DNA of 61,637 nucleotides, the filler included, from Chiloscyllium plagiosum (taxonomy: Eukaryota): assembly GCF_004010195.1 (NCBI RefSeq). It is 4 parts of 2 records of this genome, joined end to end, with 100 filler letters (N's around TTAATTAATTAA, not from the genome) between each part and the next. Parts side by side here need not be neighbours in the genome. Positions count along the whole stretch, not along the records: positions 47,533 to 57,904 come from NC_057712.1; positions 58,005 to 61,637 come from NC_057713.1; 2 more parts are not named here. One strand, 5' to 3'. Of this stretch, positions 52,550 to 61,637 are shown one piece after another. The notes beneath the pieces are model-generated. The model saw nothing but the letters and a program-made list of their open reading frames with translations, ran no database searches and was not told where the DNA came from. Made by a program: the position numbers and the translations under genes. The first letter of the stretch is position 1. Each line of letters starts with the position of its first letter.

Positions 52550-52631
52550 CGAGGATGGCCTTCCTGCGGTCGGTGTGGGGTTGATCGGTATAAACCCACT
52601 CGAAGTCCTCGCGGGCCACCCGGTTGCCCAT
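52550..52631 (-). CDS. DEGS1: DEGS1 coding exon 1, sphingolipid delta(4)-desaturase N-terminus ([27 protein letters not shown])
   Basis: Manual reverse-complement translation (absent from the ORF track); ACCATGG Kozak; G|GTAAG donor; [16 protein letters not shown] family motif; RV.RED resembles DEGS1 more than DEGS2, and DEGS1 converges with NVL in human. Confidence 0.93.
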
Positions 52632-53305
52632 GGTTACCAGTGGAACGTGCCGGACCGGTTCGAGCAGCGACCGTTAGCCTCCTCCCTAGCACGTCCGCTT
52701 TAGCCAACACGCAGCCGCAGATCAACGCCACTCTCCTACCCACCCACCCCAGCCGCCGTTTTAAAACCGGCAATTGGTACCGCCCATCGCTGTCGTCAAA
52801 TTGTTAATTAACCGATCCAAGATTTTCCCTTGGAAACACTTTCCCGTGCTCATTCCGCACTTTTAAGTCTTTTTTATAATAAAAGAGGAGATCAACCACG
52901 CGCAAGTACTTCGCCTTTTGGCGAATTTTCAGTGGGCCTGATGATGTCACCATGCCTGGACAGTGGTCAATGGCAGAATTGATCCTCGCCAGGAATTAAC
53001 CTCTCTCTGTATAAGCAGCTTTCACTGTATACAACTGCGATCGCCGCTTGGAGTCTGTTCGGGAATGGATAAGAGGTAATTCTGAGGTTGATCTATGACC
53101 TGAGGCTGTTCTGCGTTTGGGGCATTTTTGGCCAAGAAAGATAGATCACGTGATCCGCTTGGCAGCCTCTCACTCCCACTGTGTCTACAAGTTGTTGCCC
53201 TGTTTAGTGAAAAGGAACCTGCATCTGCACCTGAAGCAATGTAACCTGTAAAGCAGGTGCTGGACAATGGAATTGGAATGGATCAATTTAATCAGCCCTG
53301 CAAAT

Positions 53306-54012
53306 TGTAATGAAGATGTGGGTGTACTTTAAGAGAGTTAAAAGCAGCAGAACTACTGGACACAGCGCCAAGTGTTCTCAATGAGGTAACAATGTAACAC
53401 TTGGTCAAACAATTCGATTAGCTCATTGCCTGGAGGCAAAAACAAATTTGAATCCGGTCAATCAGTTTAAATTATACTCCTAAAAATACTAAACTCCAAT
53501 CCAGTTTGAATTTAGTATATTTACCATCTTAAAATTACACAATTGGATGCTTTGGGGGGGTATAAGACCAGGGAAAATTGAACAGTTGAGAGGAGAATTG
53601 CCAAGCCCCAATGTGTAACAGACTGCTTGAAAAATAGCTCTCTTAAAAGAACCTTTTTTGATTAGTAACCTGTGAGGCAGAGATTCTTGAGAAGAGGAGA
53701 AGAAGATACAGTAAGATCCAAATAGAAGAACCAAAAGCTGCCTGGTTTCGAGATAAGAAGTTTTGTTTTGTAAATCTTAATTGGGAGTTTTATTGGCCTA
53801 GTATTATAGAAGGGAATGTAAAAGATAGGTTAGAGGACTTCTGAGTAGTTGTTAGTTAATTATTCTCTATTTTACTTAAAGAAATAAAGTTGTTAATTTT
53901 TATTTTAAATAGTTCTTGACCATTTGAATTTTTACAGATTACTGCATGGGATAACTCTTTGCTGTGTTGCTGGTGTTAAATTAAGCAGGAGGGTTTACCC
54001 CGTGTCATAACA
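53306..54012 (+). mobile_element. Solo LTR, copy B (TGTAATGA...TCATAACA)
   Basis: Imperfect terminal inverted repeat; flanks AAAT/AAAC; TATAAG at 53561 and AATAAA at 53883 on +; same family as 35039-35768. Confidence 0.8.
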
Positions 54013-54053
54013 AAACACAATGGACTAAAGGCCTTTACTGTGCTGCGACTTTT

Positions 54054-54932
54054 TGTTCAGCCTCTCCCTATAACTCAAATCCTCCAACCCTGGCAACATC
54101 CTTGTAAATCTTTTCTGAACCCTTTCAAGTTCACAACATCTTTCCAATAGGATGGAGACCAGAATTGCATGCAATATTCCAACAGTGGCCTAATCAATGT
54201 CCTGTACGGATGCAACATGACCTCCCAACTCCTGTACTCAATACTCTGACCAATAAAGGAAAGCATACCAAGTGCCTTCTTCACTATCCTATCTACCTGT
54301 GACTCCACTTTCAAGGAGTTATGAACCTGCACTCCAAGGTCTCTTCATCAGCAACACTCCCTAGAATCTTGCCATCTGCCACTTCTCAGCCCATTGGCCC
54401 AGCTGGTCAAGATCCGGTTTTAATCTGAGGTAGCTTAAAAATGTGTTGCTGGAAAAGTGCAGCAGGTTAGGCAGCATCAAAGGAACAGGAGAATCGACGT
54501 TTCGGGAATAAGTCCTGAGGTAACCCTCTTCGGATCATCGGAGGCTAAGGGGTGACTGTATAGAGGTTTACAAAATTATCAGGGGCATGGATAGGGTAAA
54601 GAGGCAATGCCTTTTCCCTGGGGTTGGGGAGTCCAGAACTAGAGGGCATAGATTTAGGATGAGAAGGGAAAGATATAAAAGAGACCTAAGGGGCAACCTT
54701 TTCACACAGATGGTGGTACGGGTATGGAATGAGCTGCCAGAGGAAGTAGTGGAGGCTGGTACAATTGTAACGTTTAAGAGGCGTTTGGATAGGTATATGA
54801 ATAGGAAGGGTTTGGAGGGATATGGGCCGGGTGCTGGCAGGTGGGACTAGGGGTTGGGGTATCTGGTCGGCATAGACGGGTTGGATCGAAGGGTCTGTTT
54901 CCATGCTGTACATCTCTGTGATTCTATGACTC
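54054..54932. mobile_element. CR1 copy with inverted 5' part (- 54054-54530, + 54532-54932) and a PLE piece at 54433-54514
   Basis: ORFs 54075..54332 (-) and 54587..54850 (+); CTGAGGTA duplicated around the PLE piece. Confidence 0.8.
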
Positions 54933-55229
54933 TCAATCCTCTAAGAGAAGAAGTTTCTCCTCACCTTAGTTTAAATTGGCACCATTTTATTCTGAGACTG
55001 CCCACGAGTCCTCACTGCTCCCATGAACGGAAATATCCTCTCAGCATTTACCCTGTAAAATCCAGTAAGTTTCGTGAGATCACGTTCCATTCCTGTAAAC
55101 ATCAGTGAGTAGAGTCCCAACTTGATTAGCCTTTGCTCATAAGACAATCCCTCCATACAGGGATCATCCTAGTGAACCTTCTCTGAACTGTGTCTGATCG
55201 AATGCTATTTTTCCTTATATAAGGGAACC

Positions 55230-57805
55230 AAATCTAAAGTTTCTCTTGGCCTGATGGGTTGTATTCTAGTATATTAAAGGAAGTAGCTACAGAGATATTG
55301 AATGTACTATAGTAATCTTCCAAGAATTATTAAAGTCTGGGAATGCCCAAGAGGATTGAAAAACTGCCCAGGAGGAGGGAGAGAAAAAACAGGTAACTAA
55401 AAGCCAATTAGCCTAGCATCTGTCACAGGGAAACTGTTGGAATCTATTATAAAGGATGTAATAACAGAGTATTTAGAAAAACTTAATGTAAACGAGCAGA
55501 GTTAGCTGGAATCATGAATTCAAAACCATGCCTGACAAATTTATTAGAATTCTGAGGTGGTAACAAGCAAGATAGATATAGGGGAACCAATACATGTAAT
55601 GTATTTGGATTTCCAAAGGTATTTGATAATTAACTGCACCTTAATAAGATAAGAGCACACGTGATGTTGGGACTAATATTGGCATGGATAAAGCATTAGC
55701 CAACTAACAGAAGACAGTGAGCTGGGATAAAAGGGACATTTTCAGCATGGTAACCTGTAACTTGTGGATTGCCATTGGGTTTAATGATGGGGCCATGGTT
55801 ATTTATAATATATATATTAATGACTTGAATGAGGCAAGCAAATAAATGTTCTATTGTCAATTTTGCACAAAAGTAGATGTGATGGCAATGTGGATGACAC
55901 ATGTCTACAAGGGGATATAGACAGGTTAAGTGAATAGGCAGAAACCTGACAGATGGAATATAATGTGGAGAAAAGTGAGCTTATGCATTTTGGAAGGGGG
56001 AGTATAAGAGCTGAATGTTATTTAATTGGGGAAAGACTGCAGAAAACTGCAATGCAGTGAGATTGAGGCTCTCGTGCATAAATCATAAAAGCTGGCATGC
56101 AAGTTCAGCAGGCAATGGGAAGGCAAATAGACCATTGGCCTTTATTTCAAAGCCATTGGAATATACAAGTAGGCAGGTCTTGCTTAAAGTATACAAGGCA
56201 CTAGTCTGACCATAGCTGGAACACTGTGAGCAGTTTTGATCCCCTTATCTCAGACAGATATTGGCACTGGAGGCAGTTCAGAGAAGGTTCAGTTGGTTAG
56301 TTCCAGATTTGGAGGGGTTGTTTTATGATGGGAGTTTGAATAGTTTGGACTTGTACTCATTGGAGTTTAGCAGAATGAGAGGCAATCTTGTTTAAATATA
56401 AGATTCTTAGGGTACTTAAAGCAAAATATTGTGGATGTCTGAAATCAGAAACAAGCACGGAATGCTGGAGAAACATGGCAGGTCTGGCAGCATCAGTGAA
56501 ACAGCATTGAATGAAACAGAGTTAACATTTTGAGTCTGGTCTGATGAACATAGGAGGTGCAGTCAGTATGTTTGCAGATGACACCAAAATTGGAGGTATG
56601 GTGAAGAATGTTACCTCAGACTACAGAGGGATCTTAATGAAATGAGCCAGTGGGCTGAGGAGTAGCAGTTGGAGTTTGGTTTAGATAAATGTGAGGTGCT
56701 GCATTTTGGAAAGGCAAATCAGAGCAGGACTTATACACTTAATGGTAAGGTCCTGGGGAGTGTTGCTGAACAAAGAGACCTTGGAGTGCAGGTTCATAGC
56801 TCCTTGAAAGTAGAGTCACAGGTAATATAATAGTGAAGAAGGCGTTTGGTATGCTTTCCTTTATTGGACAGAGCATTGAGTATAGGAGTTAGGAGGTCAT
56901 GTTGTGGCTGTACAGGATATTGGTTAGGCCACTTTTGGAATATTGTGTGCAATTCTAGTCTCCCTCCTATTAGAAGAATGTTGTGAAATTTGAAAGGGTT
57001 CAGAAAAGATTTACAAGGATGTTTTCAGGGTTGGACGATTTGAGCTATGGGGAGAGGTTGAATAGGCTGGGGCTGTTTTCCCTGGAGCATCAGAGGCTGA
57101 GGGGTGACTTATAGCGGTTTATAAAATCTTAAGGGACGTGGATAGGGTAAATAGACAAGATCCCCTGGGGCAGGGGAGTCCAGAACTAGACAGCATAAGT
57201 TTAGGGTGGGAGGGGAAAAATTTAAAGGACCTAAGGGGCAACATTTTCACATAGAGGATGGTGTATAGAATGAGCTGCTAGAGGAATTAGTGGAGGCTCG
57301 TACAATTACAACATTTAAAAGACATCTGGATGGGGATATGAATTGGAAGGGTTTAGAGGAACATGCGTCAAGTGCTGGAAAATGAGAGTAGATTAGGTTA
57401 GGATATCTGGTCAGCATGGATGAGTTGGACCGAAGAGTCTGTTTCCATGCTGTACATCCCTATGACTCTATGACTCTTCTTCAGATCTAAGGGGATTTGA
57501 CAGGGTAGATACAGAAAGGTTGTTTCTACCTGTGTGGACTTCTGCAACTAGAGGGTATAATCTCAGAGTAAGGGGTCACCCAGGACAGTAATGAGGAGGA
57601 GTTTGTTCTCTGAGGGTAGTGAATTTGTGAAATTCTTGCCAAGATTGGATTATTAAATATATTTAAGGTTGAGATATTTTCAATCAGTTAGGAAACTAAG
57701 CATTAAGGGATAAGGCAGGAAAATGGAGTTGAGGAACTATCAGATCAGCATTACTTAAGTGAATGAATGATCAAACTCAATGGGCTGAATGGCCTACTTC
57801 CACTA
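55230..57805 (+). mobile_element. Nested CR1 RT/3' fragments (older copy interrupted by a younger one at about 56545-57475)
   Basis: FADDTKIGG at about 56570, YLDFQ-type remnant near 55600, CTATGACT tail. Confidence 0.8.
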
Positions 57806-57816
57806 CAGGCAAAATC

Positions 57817-57844
57817 GACGTTTCGGGCAAAAGCCCTTCATCAG
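57817..57844 (-). ncRNA. Minimal hammerhead ribozyme motif with intact core
   Basis: Exact reverse complement of 58114-58141. Confidence 0.75.
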
Positions 57845-58113
57845 GAATAAAGGCAGAGAGCCTGAAGCGTGGAGAGATAAGCTAGAGGAGGGTGGGGGTG
57901 GGGANNNNNNNNNNNNNNNNNNNNNNNNNNNNNNNNNNNNNNNNNNNNTTAATTAATTAANNNNNNNNNNNNNNNNNNNNNNNNNNNNNNNNNNNNNNNN
58001 NNNNTCATCGTCATCCTCTCCCCTAATCACCCATTGTACTCTATGCTACTTTCTCCCCACCCCCACCCTCCTCTGGCTTATCTCTCCATGCTTCAGGCTC
58101 ACTGCCTTTATTC

Positions 58114-58141
58114 CTGATGAAGGGCTTTTGCCCGAAACGTC
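58114..58141 (+). ncRNA. Minimal hammerhead ribozyme motif with intact core
   Basis: All conserved core nucleotides present; stem I is short. Confidence 0.75.
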
Positions 58142-61099
58142 GATTTCGCTGCTCCTTGGATGCTGCCTGAACTGCTGTGCTCTTCCAGCACCACTAATCC
58201 AGAATCTGGTTCATTGTTTTTACCTCATTTGGAAGAAAACGAGTTTAAAACAAAACGAGTTTGAGGAAAGCCTACTAAGAGAACAAGGTGCCCAGCTGAT
58301 TGCTCCCATTTTTGAAAAACTCTTGCTGAGTTCAGGATAGAACCTTATTTGTTTTTTTGAAAGTGTGTTTGGTGGAACATCTTAATATTGCATTTTCCAA
58401 GCAAGTTGTATCTGTAAGACTTCAAGTGTGATTACTGACTTGACCACACGAGTCATGACACCAGAGCAACAGACTCAAAAACATTCTATGCTTAATCCTT
58501 TTTTCTTCAAGAATAACCCCTTGGTCTAAGTATTTTTTTCAGAAAGCCAAACTTTGCAGAGAAATCTGTTGTTTTATTTTCTTCTTTCCTAAAATGTATT
58601 GGTGTGTATTTTGAGAAAATTTAGAGCCAAGTATTTATACCTATATGTTACTGGCAGTGTCCATTACCCAATTGTGGCATCTTCATTGAACACAATTTGT
58701 TTTGATAATAATTGTGTTTATTAAGAAACATGGTTGATAGCCTTTGTTGCTTAAAACCTCATTTCGACAAAGGTATTCAATGTTTATCTTGGTAACTGGG
58801 AAAATTATTATTTTATGCTGTGATCTTTGGAATAGTGGGTCTAGAGTGACACAGCACTCTTGACACTTCCTACAAATGTGTAGAGCTTTCCTATATCAAA
58901 CCTGGAATGACAGCATCAATAAGAGGTTAACATGGGAACAGGGCAAGAGAATGAGAATGGGCAACTCAAGTTGAAGAGCGAGAATTACTGAATGGCGTGT
59001 TCTAGCTTGAATTTTAATATTCTATTAAAATTAGCAAGGATTCCAAAACTGACCTCAAAAGGTATAACAAGGAATGTTTTTCTGGGGTAAAAATTGCCCA
59101 GTGACAATAATTATCTAATACTATAGGACAAATATATGCAGCAACAATAGCAGAACAATCACCTGCAGCTGTGTAATTACCATAAGCAGTCTTCCAACTA
59201 ACGCCAAGTAGTACAAAACACTAACTCTACTATTCCTAAATAGCCTGAATTCCACCAATCAGGCATACAATTGTTTCACATGCTTTCCATGAAATTTAGA
59301 CTATTTGTAACAAATGGTCACACTAAAAACTAGCCATAGAGACACCTCAGAATTCAGCAGATAATCTGAAGCTTGAAATGCCCCAATATCTCATCCACTG
59401 GCGATTCTTCACATCAGCATGGATGATGATTGTTCGCAGTTCATGAGAGGCATTAAACTCCACTCCTAATCTTGTCTTCACCCAACAACCTCTGACTTTC
59501 TACCAGAGTTCACCAAATGGGAGGTAGGTTTGAAAGAAAAATAGCTAACATTTGCTTACAATAGCCCAGAGTTTTTGAAGGTAATTATAGCATGAAAACA
59601 TCACCCCAACCCTGTCCCAACTAAGATCAGCTGACTTAACATGGTAAATGTTTTGCCCCTCCCTGAACAGTTTGATAAATTATTTTTTCTCATAAAATGG
59701 TACTCTTTTCCCAAACAATAGTCTTCGTCATCACCTGAAACAACATAGGAAACATTCCAAATTCTTCTTCTTCATTTGCAGGACGTGGGTGTTTTTGGCA
59801 AGAGTGGCATTTATCAGGCACTAAGCCAATATATTTCCCAACTTGTTTTGCTCATTAACAGAGTTTTGTAAGTAATCTGCCAACTTTCATTGTCCATGCT
59901 CACACATTAATAATCAGCAAATGATTGAGGAACCACAGAACTGTGAGAACCGCAGAATCACCTGTGCAACTAAGCCCCAAATATGAGTCAACAGTTCAGA
60001 GGGCGGAATACGTCAAGAGGAGAAACTGGGAAACTGTGTTAAAACAATGCTTCAGGAGCATAATCAAGGAAAGAAAATAAGAATTAAATTTAATCTCCCT
60101 TCAATAGTTTCTTAAAACGTTCACTCTTTCCCATAAGTTCCTTTCACTGACCATGGACAAGAGACTCTGTTTTTATTTGTCTGCACCTTCGTCTCCTACA
60201 CTGAAGCCTTTTACATAACCTAATTTGCCATCTATTAAATGTTAAACAGCACAGTGACTAATAAAACAGATAATTTTATGCAACTTGATAGTTAATAAAG
60301 ACTTTCTTCATTATTGCACTATTTCATAGCTATAAGATGTCACCTGTGAGCAGAAGTGAACAGCCATTAGACAACTCAAATATATAGGCCTCCTAAATTG
60401 CAGATGGATGTACAAAGACAAAGTATTTAGTGCAGCTCTTTCAGCCAGTGCCTCTCTTCATTTCCCGATGGAACATTTTTAAAAACTATATACATTAAAC
60501 AGTGAAAGCACAGCGAGTGAACTGCCAAAATAAAAGATGATAAGATAAAGGAATTCCATTGCAGATCTCATTCTTTTTTTAAAAAAAGGATTCCGGGGAC
60601 CCATGTCAAGACAGAGATGAGGAGGATTTTCTTCTCTGAGGGTACTGAATCTGTGGAAGTCTTTATCGCAGAGGGCTGTCAAGACTGGGTTGTTAAGTAT
60701 ATCCAAGTCTGAGATACTCAGCTTTTTAATCAATAAGGGAGGGAATCAAAAGATATGGGAAAAGGCAGAGAAACAGAGATGTGGATGGCAGAGCTGACTC
60801 AAGAGGCCAAATGGCCTAATCCTGCTCCTACATCTTGTGGACACAGGTAGTTATCCAAATAAAATCAAGAAAAGCACTTTCAGTTAGGATGGCAATGGAT
60901 AAAGAGTACTGCAATTTTCTGGCACTGTCTTCACCTTTCAGCTTCACTCTACAATGAGATTTTAATGTTAGTTTTTTGGTAACCTAGCAATGATACATCA
61001 AATCATAATGATAACAGTGGTGACACTGGATGCTCAGCTATCTACCTAATGAAGGGACCCTCCTTATCTCCATGGTTCAGTTGCACAACTCCTAAACGA

Positions 61100-61637
61100 T
61101 CTGTTCTTCATTGTAAAGTCAAAAGTGCCAACGCTTGCTGATGATTTCACAATGTTCAACATAATTTGCAACTGCCCAACAGAAGCAGTTCATGTCTCGA
61201 CAAAGCAAGAACGGGATGACAACAGGTTTAGGCTGAGAAGAGACAAATAACATCATGCCACACAAATCCCAGACAACAAGCATCTCCAACAAGAGAAAAT
61301 CTAACCATTGTCCCCTCACCATCAACGGCATTATAGAGTCATAGAGATGTACAGCATGGAAACAGACCCTTCAGTCCAACCAGTCCATGCCGACCAAATA
61401 TCCCAACCCAATCTAGTCCCACCTGCCAGCACCCGGCCTATATCGCTCCAAAACCCTTTCCATTCATATACCCATCCAAATGCCTCTTAAATGCTGCAAT
61501 TGTACCAGCCTCCACTACATCCTCTGGCAGCTCATTCCGTAGCATACCACCCTCTGCGTGATAAAGTTGCCCCTTAGGTCTCTTTTATTTCTTTCCCCTC
61601 TCACCCTAAACCTATGCCCTCTAGTTCTGGACTCCCC
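61100..61637. mobile_element. Decayed LINE RT fragment (+, to about 61332) and CR1 3' end (-, 61333 to window end)
   Basis: LADDFTMF remnant; - strand tail matches the family at 4300 and 46090. Confidence 0.7.

Larger units (their letters stand above)
51230..52930. promoter_or_regulatory. CpG-rich island over DEGS1 promoter, exon 1 and start of intron 1
   Basis: Visibly dense CG dinucleotides, strongest at 52380-52800, against a CpG-poor background; not computed. Confidence 0.75.
57811..58225. mobile_element. Young PLE ends in inverted orientation flanking a gap linker (57905-58004)
   Basis: Intact cores CTGATGA-A-GGGCTTTTGCCC-GAAAC-GTC at 57817-57844 (-) and 58114-58141 (+). Confidence 0.85.

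Noticed and set aside
52331..52807. 158-aa + strand ORF in the CpG island
   Set aside because: Non-ATG GC-rich frame antisense to the real DEGS1 exon, with no recognisable motif
58226..61100. 3' end of FBXO28, expected from human synteny
   Set aside because: No recognisable coding match found by eye; a UTR cannot be identified without alignment

Overview
Repeat-rich vertebrate genomic DNA, very likely a shark (inferred from HE1-type SINEs, CR1 LINEs and an elasmobranch-type minisatellite). Two host genes converge. NVL (nuclear VCP-like AAA+ ATPase) is on +: 18 coding exons were read by hand from 7941 to 45922, all with GT-AG boundaries and consistent phases. The first coding exon of DEGS1 (sphingolipid delta-4 desaturase) is on - at 52550-52631 inside a CpG-rich island. 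One internal NVL exon, the last NVL exons and the rest of DEGS1 are absent, and their expected positions coincide with artificial 100-bp gap linkers (N44-TTAATTAATTAA-N44). The left end holds a decayed endogenous retrovirus on - (LTR, tRNA-His PBS, gag). The rest is CR1 fragments, SINEs, two solo LTRs of one family, minisatellites and many Penelope-like element (PLE) pieces. The most interesting signal is more than a dozen intact or decayed minimal hammerhead-ribozyme motifs (CTGAnGA-A-stem-GAAAC-GTC) from at least four PLE families, with co-varying stems. Several sit in ORF-less palindromic ~200-bp inserts with target-site duplications. Other oddities are near-identical DNA at the two NVL Walker A motifs, a tandem repeat derived from an NVL exon/donor junction, and a 5'-inverted CR1. 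Repeat boundaries are by eye and approximate; no database search was run.
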